Below are positions 1 to 15,488 of a stretch of 64,000 nucleotides of DNA, piece after piece. The stretch is from assembly GCF_009914755.1 (NCBI RefSeq), contig NC_060936.1. One strand, 5' to 3'. The translations under genes were made by a program, and so were the position numbers. The number at the start of each line of letters is the position of its first letter. Position 1 is the first letter of the stretch. Under the pieces are notes generated by a model. That model saw nothing but the letters and a program-made list of their open reading frames with translations. It was not told the DNA's origin and did not search any database. Origin of the DNA: the human T2T-CHM13v2.0 reference genome, Homo sapiens.

Positions 1-435
1 TTAAAATATATAATACATCCTATACCAGGGCTAGCCCTAGGCAAAATCAGAAAATAGATGAAGTGATAGCAATAAAAATTTAAAGTCAAATAAAGTAGAT
101 AATAAAAAAGATGAAGTTCATTTTGATGTATACACACCCTTTACTTTTACCATTTCTTGTTTGTTTTCTTTTTTACCTCCAACATTCTCCTCCCACTAAA
201 CTGCCTTTCTTTTTGCTCTCCTCTTTATAGTTCCTGAGAAGACTTCCACAAAAGAGCAATAACCGTATCACCGTTCAATTCCAACAGTGGTATATGCTGA
301 GGATGATACAAGTCTGTACGAGTCATCCATTTCCCTGACTAAATTTTTGGGGCTAATCCCAACAGCCCCATTAGACTCAATGACTGACTTCATTAGTAAA
401 TACGGTAAATTTAAATCTAGCCAGATAATCTACAG

Positions 436-723
436 CAGGGGACCCCAATTCCCCGTACAGGCCTGTTAGGAACCGGGCCGCACAGCAGGAAGTGAGCAGC
501 AGGCGAGTGAGCATTACCACCTGAGCTCCACCTCCCATCCGCTCAGCGGCAGCATTAGGTTCTCATAGGAGCGTGAACTGTATTGTGAACTGCGCATGCA
601 AGCGATCGAGGTTGTGTGCTCCTTGTGGAACAGTTTCATCCCCAAACCCTCTCCAGCTCTCCTGGAAAAAACTGTCTTCTGTGAAACTGGTCCTCGGTGC
701 CAAAAAGGCTCAGAGGACTGCTG
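436..723 (+). mobile_element. MER1B-like hAT-Charlie DNA transposon
   Basis: CAGGGG...CTG termini, typical MER1 internal sequence, 8-bp TSD atctacag/atctacaa. Confidence 0.85.
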
Positions 724-1424
724 ATCTACAAAATCATACTTTTCTGGAGTCCATCAAAGATTTGTGATCATAAGGCAACCTAGTAAACTGAATTCCAAAC
801 CGTGACATATACCTCCAAGGACAGACAGGACACATAAGGAGTTTCATCTTTGTTACAGCATAGCTGAAATAGGATGCTGTCATACAAGGGGGTAAAAAGA
901 AAGCAGCTAAAATTTTAACAGATTCTTGAAGGCCAAGTGGGCTAGCATATCAAGTTAGAATAGGTCGGAGCCACAGGCACATGAACTTGCAAACTCTTTT
1001 CCACTGGCCTCCATCAGGTATTTCCAGAAAACACTGAGGGCAGGAGACAAGAGAGCCTTCTCAAGGGCACAGGCAGAAATGCTGAGAATCAAGATACACG
1101 AGGCTTGACCAAACCGGGAGTGGACAAAGACAACAAAGATGGAGAAGAGTTGAACAAAGTGACCTTCCGGACCCCCAACTATGAGCCTAGATTCAAGTAA
1201 CAAGTAACAAGCCTACTGCTGGGAGGCAGAGCAAAAGTATGGAGGCAGACTCCACTCTGCAGCTCTGGCATGCGAAGGCTGCTGAAAGCAAGGGATGGAG
1301 CAGAGAGACAGAGAAAAATCCTCCTGGACCCCCAAGTGCCGTTCTAAGCACAAAGTAGCACCAGTAGAAAATGAAGCCGGTGGTACATTGAAGGTACTGA
1401 CAGACACGAAACCAAGCTGGGATA

Positions 1425-1590
1425 AAAGTGGGGTAAAAGACTACACATTGGGTACAGTGTACATTGCTCGGGTGATGGATGCACCAAAATCTTAGAATCA
1501 CCACTCAAGAACTTATTTGTGTAACCAAACACCACCTATTCCCCAAAAACCTACTGAAATAAAAAAATTAAAAGTTTTTTAAAAATAAAG
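1425..1590 (+). mobile_element. L1 (L1PB/L1MA-type) 3' end
   Basis: ctacacattgggtacagtgtac...ccccaaaaacctactgaaataaaa followed by an A-rich tail. Confidence 0.75.
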
Positions 1591-1867
1591 CCATAAAGTC
1601 TACAAATTATATGAAAGCAAGATCTCTAACAAACTTGCCATGCATTTTCAGATTTCTCCAAGCATTGTTCCAGTGAATAAGCTAATAAATAAAGTCTAAC
1701 GCAAAGGGGAAAAAAAAGGAAACCAAACCTACCTCAACTGCTGATAAGATGTACACAACCTTCACATTAATATTGTTCATTTCTGGACATAAATACTATT
1801 AACCTCAGTCTCTTCTAATACCCACAATATCCAGTAATCAGTTAAAAAAAAGAAAAGAAGAAAAATA

Positions 1868-2185
1868 GGCTGGGTGCGGTGGCTCATGCCTGTAATCCCA
1901 GCACTTTGGGAGGCCGAGGTGGGCGAATCACGAGATCAGGAGTTCAAGACCAGCCTGGCCAACATGGTGAAACACTGTCTCTACTAAAAATACAAAAATT
2001 AGCCAGGTGTGGTGGCATACGCCTGTAATCCCAGCTACTTAGGAGGCTGAGGCAGGAGAATTGCTTGAACGCAGGAGGTGGAGGTTGCAATGAGCCAAGA
2101 TCGCGGCATTGTAGGCATTGTACTCCAGCCTGGGAGACAGAGAAAGACTCTGTCTCGGGGCCGGGGAGGAGAAGAAAAAAGAAGA
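1868..2185 (+). mobile_element. Alu (AluS-type)
   Basis: Dimeric Alu consensus with a degenerate purine tail. Confidence 0.93.
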
Positions 2186-2199
2186 GACAACCAGAAAAG

Positions 2200-3930
2200 C
2201 AAGAAAAAAACCCAACCCACTGTCGAGATAAAGCAATCAACAGAAACAGATTTAGAAAGGATCCAGATATTGGGACGAAAAGAAAGGGACTTTCAAAAAA
2301 CTATAACCAACATGTTAAAAGATCTAGTGGAAAGGTAGACAACACACAAGGAATTTTAGCAAAGAGCGAAAACAATTGGAAATTCTAGAAATCAAAACAT
2401 CGTATCAGACCGATGACCACAGATCAACTCATTTTACAATGCCCCCATTAACCTGACACCAAAACCAAATGAAGACGTTGTAAGAAAAACAAACAAACAA
2501 ACAAACTATAGACCAACATACATGCATAAATATATAGGTTGGTGGATATATGTCATATACATATATCTGTGTGAAACAATATATATCATGACCTATATGT
2601 GAAACCTAAAACAATAAAACTTCTAGAAGAAAAAACACAGGATAAAATCTTTGTGATCTTCCATTAGGCAAAGGTATCTTAGGCAAGATAGAAACCATTT
2701 AAAAATAGATAAATTGGCAGAGCACAGAGGATTTTTGAGTAACAAAACTACTCTGTATGGTACTATAATAGCAGATACACGTCCTATACATTTGTCCAAA
2801 CTGACAGAATATACAATGGCAAGAGTGAGCCCTAAAATAAACTATGGACTTTGAATGATTATGATGTCAATATATGTTCTTGATCATAACAAAGGTACCA
2901 TCTTGCTGGGGGATGCTGATAATGGGGAAGACTATGCATTTGTAGGTCAGGCGGTAAATCTTAGTACCTTCCTCTCAGTTTTGCTGTGAACCTAAAACTA
3001 CTTTGAAGAAATAAAGTCTTTAACTGATAAACTGCACTTAACTAAAATGAAAAACTTCACTCTCTGACTGACACTATTAAGAAAATGAAACGACAAGCCA
3101 CAGAGTGGGAGAAAGTATTTGTAAAATACATTATTTGATGATGGACTTGTATCCAGAATATATAAAGAACTCTCACAACTCAATAAGAAGACACATTTTT
3201 CCAGCACATGAAAAAATGTTAACATAATTAGGCATCAGGGAAATGCAAAGTAAAATTACGAGCTATCACTGCAAAACTTACTAGAATGTCTAAATAGCAA
3301 TATTGAGTGCTGATGAAGATATGGAACACCTGGAACCCTCATACATTGGTGGTGGGAACGCAAAATTGTACAGTCACTTTGGAAAATAGTCTGGCAGTTT
3401 CTTCTGAAGTTAAATGTACACTTACCATATGACCAAGCAATCCCATTCCTAGGGGAGAGGGATTGCATATTTATGAAAGAGAAATCAAAACACATGTCTA
3501 CACAAGACCTGTTCATGAAAGTTTACAACAGCTTTATAATTGCTAAAATCTGGAAATATCCAACATGTCCATCACTGAGTAAATGGATAAACAAATGGAT
3601 GATAGAATAGTACTGAGTAATAAAAAGAACCACTAATAAACACAACAACTCCAATGAGTCTCAAAAGTATTATGCCACATGAAAGAAGCAAGATACAAAT
3701 TGCTACATACAGTTTGATTCCATTTATGTTACATTCTAGAAAAATCAAACTACAATGAAATAAAACTACCAAAAAGGGAAATTCTGTATTTTGATTGTGG
3801 TGATGATTTTATGACTAAGTTTGTCAAAATTCATCAAACTGTACACCTAAAAGAGAAGAATTTTAACTTTATGTAATTTATTCCTCAACTGACCTGACTT
3901 TAAAGAAAAATAAAGCAAAAATAAATTTTA
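2200..3930 (+). mobile_element. Old L1M fragments (ORF2 end / 3'UTR)
   Basis: A-rich L1M motifs such as cacttaccatatgaccaagcaatcccattcctagg and actgtacacctaaaa. Confidence 0.7.
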
Positions 3931-4131
3931 AAATACCACTTTTATCAATCACATATAAGGGTTCCATATATAGTTGTGTTGAAAAGAGATCTCTCCTGCC
4001 CAAAGAAACATCTATCAAAAAGAAAAGCAAAGTAACAAAGTCACAATAAAAACATTATTTCCTAGGAATACTTGATTTTTAAAAGCAGCATCAGCTACAG
4101 GCCAATATTTACACAAATGAAATTGATTCTA

Positions 4132-4766
4132 CACTTTTACACTGTTGGTGGGACTGTAAACTAGTTCAACCATTGTGGAAGACAGTGTGGCTATTCCTCA
4201 AGGATCTAGAACTAGAAATACCATTTGACCCGGCCATCCCATTACTGGGTATATACCCAAAGGATTATAAATCATGTGCTATAAAGACACATGCACATGT
4301 ACGTTTATTGCGGCACTATTCACCATAGCAAAGACTTGGAACCAACCCAAATGTCCATCAATGATAGACTGGATTAAGAAAATGTGGCACATATACACCA
4401 TGGAATACTACGCAGCCATAAAAAAGGATGAGTTCATGTCCTTTGTAGGGATATGGATGAAGCTGGAAACCATCATTCTCAGCCAACTATCACAAGGACA
4501 AAAAACCAAACACCGCATGTTCTCACTCATAGGTGAGAATTGAACAATGAGAACACTTGGACACAGGGCGGGGAACATCACACACCAGGACCCGTCGTGG
4601 GGTTGGGGGAGGGGGAAGGGATAGCATTAGGAGATACACCTAATGTAAATGACAAGTTAATGGGTGCAGCACACCAACATGGTGCATGTATACATATGTA
4701 ACAAACCTGCACGTTGTGCACATGTACCCTAGAACTTAAAGTATAATAAAAAAATTTAAAAAAAAA
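4132..4766 (+). mobile_element. 5'-truncated primate L1PA (ORF2 C-terminus, 3'UTR, poly A)
   Basis: ORF2 tail ...WNQPKCPSMIDWIKKMWHIYTMEYYAAIK, G-rich 3'UTR, 13-bp TSD gaaattgattcta at 4119-4131 and 4767-4779. Confidence 0.95.
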
Positions 4767-6038
4767 GAAATTGATTCTAAAGATTGAATTTCTGAAACTC
4801 TAGCAGCAAAGTAAGAGATAACTTTTTTTTTTTTAAGAGTTTCTCACTCTTGTTACCCAGGCTGGAGTGCAGTAGCATGATCATAAAGGGATAACTTTCA
4901 CAGCAAAGGGCTTTCACAGCTTCCTTAAATCAGTGGCTTTCAATGTTTCTGACTACAATATACAGTATATATTTTACATTTTGGCTCAATATACACATTC
5001 ATTTATAGAAAGCTTCACATATGATGCACCCTGATTTTTTTCCTATTGTTATTTTTAAAAGGCTCGTTGGAAAATAAGGGATGTAGAATGGTTCATAGCA
5101 GGCTGCAACGAACAGTTTGGGGAAAACAGTAAGGCAAATGAAAAACTGTAATATTTAGATAAGAGATGATAGAGATGTCAGGTAAAGACTTTAACAATAA
5201 CCTATCCATCTGTCCATCCATTCATCCCATAAATTTTTACTGAGCATGTCTTATGTGCTAGTGTCAAGAGCTAAACACTTGGCAAGGAACTGGGTACACA
5301 ACGAAAAAAAAAAAAGACATGAGACTGACATTATACAAATAAAATGCTATTTAAAAATATTTATAGCATACACTGGCATATGCTGGAAATAGGATTATTA
5401 TACCGTACTCAGTATATTTCCAACTGAATATACTTTAGGATTTGAAAAATATTAATTCTCAAACATAACAGATACATAGCCAGGAAATAACATAGGTATG
5501 GTCAAGCTCTAAGGGAATATGTGAAATACAATTTATCTAGGCCAAGAGATGCCATACAAGTTATAATTTATGAGAAATCCTCCATGCTATTTCTGTACCT
5601 TCTACATGCTTCTGTTACTGCACATACCACTCTATGCAGTATTATTTTATTTATAGATCAGTCTCTCTTTCTAGAATATAAGCTCCATATAGGCAGGGGT
5701 TTTTTTTGTTTGTTTTTCTGCTTAGAGAGTGTTTGGCATTCAACCAATGTTTACTGCATGGAGTGGAAACTAAAGAAATAAAGATAGTATTTAAGTATTT
5801 AGGTGTATGTATCTAGAACATAAAACTAAAGTTCTATTTCAAACTAACCAATAACCATTGCCCCCCAAATAATCCACATAAAGCCTATAATGCAAAAGGT
5901 GGTAAAAGCACAGCATAAAATTGTCTTGAACTTTCACTAGCAAATTAAAAAGACATACAGCTAAAAGGTTTAACTTTGTAGTAAATATAAACATTACTAA
6001 CAATGGACTACTATATGAATAAGAACAATACATAGTTA

Positions 6039-6164
<126 letters not shown>

Positions 6165-6257
6165 CTAAAAGAAACAGTATACCAACTGGTTAATTTTTTT
6201 AACAAAAACAAACAAACAAAAAAACAAAAGAAAATGCAACTGCATACCTAAAAGTCA

Positions 6258-6392
<135 letters not shown>

Positions 6393-7335
6393 TCAGGGAT
6401 ATTCATCAAACTTTCAAGGTATATGATCCTTCAGATTCATCAAACAATCTCTATAAAGTGAAAATAAAAAATTTATTTTATAGAAATGTGTCCAGGAATG
6501 AGAATTGTAACTGGAAAGTACTTTAGAATCCTTGGAAATGGAGACTAGCCAATAACGATGATAGTGTCATATAATATCAACATCATTTGTGCAGCTAAAT
6601 TTTCATCTAAATGTATTGCACAGACGAATGCAGTCAAAATCTAAGTTACCTTTCAATTACCATGGCTAATGTTAAAAACTCTGGACCCCTTTTCACCTGC
6701 AAATTTCCTCAAAGAAGAGGCTCTGCAATTTCAGCTTAAATGGATTTTCTATTTGTATATGAACTAAAGTGACTTCAACCTCTGAAAGTTAGTTTACATT
6801 ATATCCAGAAGCAGACAATTAGATCCTGAGTCAAATTACTATTAAGTCATAAAATTTACAGAGAGACGTAAAATACAGTCTGAAGATGTTAGTCACACCT
6901 TCTGCATTTATCCAAAGAAATAATGTGCAAAAATTAAAAATGGTTTTTCCTACAGGAAAAATTAACCAATGGTGTTAGAAGTACAGATAATGGTTATTTA
7001 TGAGGGAAAGGGTAAAGGACTAGAAGGGCATGAAAGAGGACTCTGTAATGCTGGAAATATTCTATTTCTTGATCTGGGCAATGGTTACATGGTCGTGCTT
7101 AATTTGTGAAAGTTTAATGAGCTGTACACCCACAGTTTGTTGCCTTTTCTGTGTGTATGTTATATTTTAATAAATAAGTTCACTTAAAAAATTGAAATTA
7201 AAGATTATCTTCTAATACAAATGTATGCAAAAAGTTTGTTCTAAAACAAATTTCTAACAAACTGGGAAAGAACAAAACACAGATATAAACTAAGAGGATT
7301 TTATCATCCTAGTTAATTCAGGTAAATTGCTCTTA

Positions 7336-7815
<480 letters not shown>

Positions 7816-9683
7816 CTATTATGGGTCAAATGAAAATTATGCTTGCAAGTGAGATTCTTATTTAGAAACAGAAATAACTGCTAACCATTTATAAATACAA
7901 ACAGATATAAATATATATTACTATTTTACATTACACATGTTCCCTCTAGTGGATAAAAGGTATCATTGCCATTTTTAAAGTTTAAAGAAATATCTAGAAT
8001 CTGGTTTGCTTAAAAAAAGAGCACATCTCTTGTGAAGAAAAAGACAGACAGAAATTCAACAAATAAAATTTCATGAACATTTATTTCATCCTAAATATGT
8101 CCAAAAGGCAACTAGCTAATCATATAGTTGATGATACAATATATTTTTTCTATGATTAAGATAGAAGAAAATTTTATTACGTCTCAGATGAAATACTAAA
8201 TATAGCCTGGCTCAGTATGTGAGATGTGACAACTCTGGCAACCTATATATTATCTTGAAGATACTTTAAGAAAAAAAATCATTATAACTTGTATTATTGA
8301 TGCTGTGCCGAGAAACTGTCTTTTAAAGATGTACAATGGCATTAAAATGAAATAAGAAAATGTGTCACTTCTGCTCATGAAATGGATAAATAAATTAAGC
8401 ACCAAAATTTCGGGTCAACCTCCACAGACACTAGTGAATTTCAACTTACCTTAAGTCATACTGTTCACCTTTGCAATAAATATTACCTACCAGAGGAATA
8501 CAGCTTATTTTTCTTTTTCAAGCTAGCGGTTTGGACAGGTTAAAAATAAATTACAAAACTTTTAAAACTAGATGAATTCAAGTATTATTTATATGTTTAG
8601 AAAGAAAAAAGAAGGCCAAACCCCATCAAGAAATATGGCCAAATATGATTTCAAACAATAAAATAAGTCAAAACAAACCTCTACTAAAAAACTATTCCAT
8701 GAAAAAAAAAAGTATGAATACCAGTAAATGCAGGTAATTAGCACGTTAATTGAACTTCCCAAAAGATGAAGAATCATGTAGAACACAAATCTTCAGATTT
8801 AGAATAAGGAAGCATTATAGACTATTAATGGCTAGATATATAGTTTTCTAGGGGGTAGAGGCAGCAAACTATGCTGCAAGTTAGAGTCACTCAACAGCTC
8901 AATGAAAGTACTAGGAATGGAAGTATAGGGAGCCAAAATGGGAATTTATCAATATACCCAAAGAGGCAGAATGAGTATAGTCACAGAAAACCTGACGGCT
9001 AATAACAGATTCAGGATGACTTGAAGGTTATATTATTTGAAGGCCTAGGAGGAAAAATCAAACAAATGAAGTTCAACAGAAAGTAATTAATTAGTATTAG
9101 GTAATTCTACTTTTACGTATTTTTAAAAACCTAATTCTATATTTTGTTCTTCTTTTTAAACTATATTCACAATTTTATGGGCTACATAATAAAGAACTAG
9201 AAAAAAATTTTGTCTTCCCCAGGGAAATATGTTTCAACTATATACCTAGTGGCAACCACTCACTGCAGGTATCTCATCAAAAAGGAATAAACTGCCCCAA
9301 TACAGCTGGTCAACAAACCAAACCTATAAACAGTGACAAATATCTCAAAACAGCATGTTCTTTTTGACAAAGAGATCATTCTAATATTTTACAAAGTATG
9401 AGAATAAGTGGTCCAGAGGAGTACAATTGTTATGAAAATTTACAAATCTATGCAATATAATAAATATGCTAATTTAGTACACAGAAGAGAGTATCCCTCA
9501 GGAACAATTATTAAATACATTTCCTTATTATTTTTCTGTACTTAAAATTTTCTTAACCATGACAATGCTCCAAAGATTATTCTCATCTTGCTAGCCTTAC
9601 TGTATTCTAATGGGAAGCTAATGAGAACCAGGAACAAACCAGCACATCTTTTTAAATTTACTCCTTTGGGACTATTAAATCAG

Positions 9684-9685
<2 letters not shown>

Positions 9686-9726
<41 letters not shown>
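9686..9726. repeat. (CA)~20 microsatellite
   Basis: Uninterrupted AC run. Confidence 0.95.
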
Positions 9727-9730
<4 letters not shown>

Positions 9731-10189
9731 AAAGTGATTTAGTCCTAATATACTCTCACAATCAAAGCAACACTAAAACTATTATCTTAATGGCATATAC
9801 ACCCAATGTCTTAAATAAGTGTTTTTAAGATAATAAATATTATTAGATTCTGCTAAATTACAATGGATTATCTAGAAGGACACATCCTGAATTCCTATCA
9901 CAATTTATATAGAGTTACTAGAAAGCAGTCAGGGAAGCCACTTATTACTTTAAAATAAATAATGCTAGAAGTTTTTTACATACTCTGAAGAAAAGATAAA
10001 TAATAAAAGCATTGTTTGTATACTGTGTTAAGTAATCCATACAGCAGGAATTCAAATCTAATTACAATTTCTTGGAACAATACTAGTGTTATTATTTTTT
10101 TCTAAGGTACTTGAGCGTACAAAATGAACTGAAAGAGCCATGGTCATAGTTAGAGCAGGGCAATACAGAGGTTCTGAATAGGGAGACAG

Positions 10190-10410
10190 AATGGTACAGT
10201 GGTTAACAGTTCTGAAGTCAGGTTTCCTGGTTTCAAATTCCAGCATGCCCTTGGACAAGTTACTTATTTAAGCAAAAACTTCTTCATCTGTAAAATGGAA
10301 ATAATAGTAGGGTTATGGTAAAGATCAAATGAGATAGGGCATCCAAAGCAGTTTGCACAGTGCCTGGAACAAAACAAACCTTCAACAGAAGTAATCTATT
10401 CCTCTTATTA
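10190..10410 (+). mobile_element. MIR
   Basis: MIR core ggttcaaattcc...ttggacaagttactt...catctgtaaaatgg. Confidence 0.8.
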
Positions 10411-10504
10411 GAGATAAGAATATATAAGGCCCACCAGTATCATTTACTTAGTTAAACCACTCAGAAGGTATATAAACCTATGAGGACCCTCCCAGTTGTA
10501 GTTA

Positions 10505-10837
<333 letters not shown>

Positions 10838-12700
10838 CTACAAGATAATATACAGACAATCTTAAATCATGATCTAGTATTTTTATTTAACACACTACTA
10901 GAAAAGTATGTATGATTCCATTTTTGCACTTCAATGACAGAAAGACCCTCTTATATATATATGTGTGTGTAAATATATGTGTGTGTATTATACAGGATTG
11001 TCTAAGCACAGAAAAAAAAAATGTGGAGAGATACAGACTAAGTTCTTAATATAAGTTACCCGGAAGCAGAAATGAGAAGGAGGTACTAATGTGGAGGAAG
11101 GGATAGGAAGTGTCCACAATAAAAGCTTATGCTGTGACCTCATTTCTGTGAAATCACACACACACAGATGATCAACAAAATGCTAATGGTGGCTATTTCA
11201 GGACAGTGGGATTTCTGATAGCCTTTATTTATATTCTAACATACTGTATGGTAAAATAACTTGCATGCATTAGTTACATAATCAGAGAAAACTTTTCATT
11301 ATTAAAAAAATACTGTTAAAGTAGGTTACATATTTAGAAAATAAGGTGACCTATGTGGTCACCTGCGAATGAAAGCCAAATTCATGCATACCTATATCAA
11401 GATAAATGTGTAATTATGCATTTAGTTTGACCTTTTCTAGTGTTACATTTTCTTTTTAAAATATCAGCAGGCTTTTAAGGATATAAAAATGGTAGCTATT
11501 AAAATGATGAAGGGACTGAGTAAACGCTGATAGACAAGAAAAGCAGAAACAGGGAGAAACAAAATGGGAATGCCCTCAGCACACACGAATACATCCAGGG
11601 AGGTACAGATGCCTATCCCAAGGGCTGCCTCCTCAACTCATCGGAGGAAACTGATACACTGAGAAGTCAAAGATCATATGACTTAATGGCATTAAGTGGA
11701 AATAAAACAAAGATTTTGATGTTTTTTCCATTATAGATCTTTGCAAAAGATACCTGTAAAAAAAAAAACTAAATTCTTCCCTTTTCTTACCCACGAAAAT
11801 ATTAAAAACTGGAATTTATAATATGACTTAAGAGTAATAATTTACCTTAAAACAAACAAACACATCACATAAACAGCTATCTTGAACTCAGTCAGTCAAC
11901 AGGAAAACTTTTCTAATTTGTTCTCTTTCACTTCAATCAGTTGCCACATCAAAAGGCAGGAGACTAGCTGAACCTAGAACTACGATTTCATCTACTCTAT
12001 GCCTCTGAAACTCCAAAACTGTTCTGATAACTGTTCATCTTTAGACGTGCGACTGCTGTAGGAATTATAACCAGCCTATGGGACTTAACTTCTGTTTAAA
12101 ATTCACTTCAGGGCAAAGTTGAAATTTTGTAGGGAGGAGCTACTGTAAGACTGTAGGGATGTGCTTGGCCACACACAACACCAGATGTTCAGTAGCCCCA
12201 CTACCAGATCATCTAACTACAAAAATCTGCAGCATTAATTTTAAACTCAGCCTAGGGGAAGCTTTATGAATAGGTAGAAGATACCTACGTGAGAAGAACT
12301 AAGCATAGGTTTTTCCTTGACCTAATTTACGCCACTCCCTCAGGACAGATGCTACTAGAAAGGGGACTGGGACGGCTGAGAGGAATGGGGCACTGAGGAA
12401 GTGACTGCAGAGAGAAAGCGATTCAATGTCCAGGCCATTATTTCTCCACCTCCACTTTCAGGCATAACGCCTGACTTCTTTGAGGTTCAAACCATTCAGC
12501 ACCCCTTATCTTTCATGGCCATCATTATCTAACAACCTACCTGTCTGTCACTCACCCTCATTCCTGTAAAGCTTTGGCACCAAGTTCAAAGAATTCCTCT
12601 CTGCCCCACATCCTGCCATCAACCTGGGTTACTTGGATATCCATGTGGAAACCCATCCAAGGCACTGCCTTCTTACTTTCCCGAACTCTACAATCTTTAC

Positions 12701-13317
12701 TGTGGAGTCCCAATTAGGGAAAAGGAATCAGGCTGGCAGGACCAGGGGAAAGCAAAAAGAGAAAGCAGATAAGCTATAAGTCTGCCTTTCCTCATGGTCC
12801 AGACCAAGCTTGTCCAACCTGTGGCACAGGATGGCTTTGAATGCCGCCCAACACAAATTCATAAATTGTGAATTTTTTTTTTTTTTTTTTTTTAGCTCAT
12901 CAGCTATCCCTCATGTTAATGTATTTTATGTGTGGCCGAAGACAATTCTTCTTCCAGTGTGGCCCAGGGAAGCCAAAAGATTGGACACCCCTGGTCCAGG
13001 CCACGTAGCCCTCCTGCACTCACCTTTCACCAGACACCTGCAAGATAGCTGCAAGACTGCAGCTCACTGCAGTCTTGGGGTTATCAGTACTGCACACAGC
13101 ACTGTACAGCATACAGCATAAACGCTGTCCTATAAAATCTCCAGCAAGCCTTTGTTTCCTTGAAGTCAGCTTCTCTTCTGTTGGCCTGCCCATTGCCTCC
13201 TCGCAACATATTTTCCTACTTTCTCTAATAAACCTACCTTTCTTTATCTACAACTGTCTTGGTAAATTCTTTTACCCCTGTACCACCAGCCCAGATAGTC
13301 ATCGTTTACCTGCAACA
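12701..13317 (+). mobile_element. Solo ERV LTR (subfamily not certain)
   Basis: TG...CA termini flanked by tttac/tttac, TATA (ctataaaa ~13130) and AATAAA (~13227). Confidence 0.85.
12805..12993. mobile_element. MER30-like hAT transposon nested in the LTR
   Basis: caagcttgtccaa...ttggacacccctg TIRs and 8-bp TSD gtccagac/gtccaggc. Confidence 0.85.
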
Positions 13318-14522
13318 TTTACTAGTTCTCCACACCACCTCAGCCATCCATTTAGTATCCTCACCAGAAACTCAGTCCGTCAGTATTCAAACATTCTAGT
13401 CTCTGACTACAACCTCCACCCAAGATTTCTCGCTCAATAATCCCCAGGTAATTGATATTTAACCTCATCAGGACCTCCACTTCATAAGTTTCTCAATGTT
13501 TTCATTTTTTTTTAAATCAGCCATCAACTGCCACTTAGCTTCACTTCTTTCCCTATGTAGCTTACATTTTGTGATCTAGCATTCAACCACTGTCTTGCCG
13601 ATATCCTCAACTCCCTTGACTGATGTACCTTATATTACCCACCTAACAAAACCCTCATCTTATTCCTCTTCTCTATGCCTGCAGTCGGGCTTTAGAGAGC
13701 TGTAGCAGAAAAATCACAAAACTCTATAAAGTTTATGGTGACAAACTGGTGCCACTCTTAATCTTGGCCTCAATGATGCCTGGCAATCCTATCATTCGCT
13801 GCTCGGTTTTCTCCTTAAATATCCAACAATCTTTTTATACCTACTGCCTCATCTAAACAAATAACCTGTCTTTCCTTAAAGTTGAAACACTCAGAAGAGA
13901 ATATTCTCAACTTCCTGCTACCAAATTAATAAAATTATCTGAATTTATATCCAACCTTTCCTGCTTCTCTTTGGCTGTAAGTGGAGAAGCATCTGTCTTC
14001 CCAGTTATGATTAATTCTCCATTTGAGTTCTGGATTCTATCCCTTCTAGTCCTAAACTTTGCCGCCTTAAAAAACAAACAAACAAACCTCTGACCTTGTG
14101 TTCCCATTTAGCCAGTGCCCCATCCTTCACCTCTTTATATTCGAACTTCTTCAGTTAGTATACTAATTCTTCCTATTTCCACACTCCCACATGCTTAGAG
14201 TCAGTGAAATCTCATTTCCACCACCACCAACTTACCGAAACTGATCTTGCCACAGACAAGATTACTTGATAAATACAATGGATATTTTTGAGTCTTTTCT
14301 TTGCCTCTTATACTTGATGTCATCTTGGCATTCTCTCATAGTTTAATTTGCAGTGCTCTTTCTTAGTAAATAAAATCATTTGTGATATACCTAATGGCAT
14401 CTTAGACTTTATGAAACAGGGTATATTATTTAAATAGAAAATGATATGATGTGACTACACAACAATAATGAAGATAAGTTTATAAAAGTAAACCAAAGGT
14501 TACATGAATGCTGTTGCTGATT

Positions 14523-14706
14523 TAGGGTTGCCAGATAAAACACAGAACACTCACTTAAATTAGAATTTCAGATAAATAGTGAACAATTTTTTTTAGTATA
14601 AATATGTTCCATGTAATATGTTGATATACTAAAAAATATTCATTTATCTGAAATTCTAACTTAACTGGGTGTCCTATATTTTTAATTACTAAATCTGGAG
14701 ACCCTG
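14523..14706. mobile_element. MER53 palindromic MITE
   Basis: tagggttgccagat...atctggagaccctg termini; near-complete internal palindrome. Confidence 0.85.
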
Positions 14707-14934
14707 TGCTGGTGAGATATATGCAAGTAGCCTCTTGTTTTACAAAGGTATTACATAAATAGCATTTTGTCTTATGTGCTCACCCTGATATAGGAAGCAC
14801 AGAAGCAGCAACATATACATTATAGAATATTGTATGTGGAGAAAAAGGATCTTATAACGATTTCAGGATTACCACAGCATTTTAAAAATTTTCACCAAAA
14901 TCCAGAATATCCTTGAAATTTACAATCTGACCTA

Positions 14935-15488
<554 letters not shown>

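Larger units (their letters stand above)
12430..14350 (+). mobile_element. Degenerate L2 (interrupted by an LTR)
   Basis: Pyrimidine-rich L2 ORF2-like motifs on both sides of the LTR. Confidence 0.6.

Noticed and set aside
150-470. Plus-strand pyrimidine tract and AG (229-230) followed by a 60-aa ORF (287-469)
   Set aside because: GTG start, runs into MER1B, no recognisable protein and no clear donor. It lies antisense in a FERRY3 intron.
4274-4543. 89-aa ORF with a recognisable protein sequence
   Set aside because: C-terminal fragment of L1 ORF2 in a 5'-truncated L1PA; not a gene.
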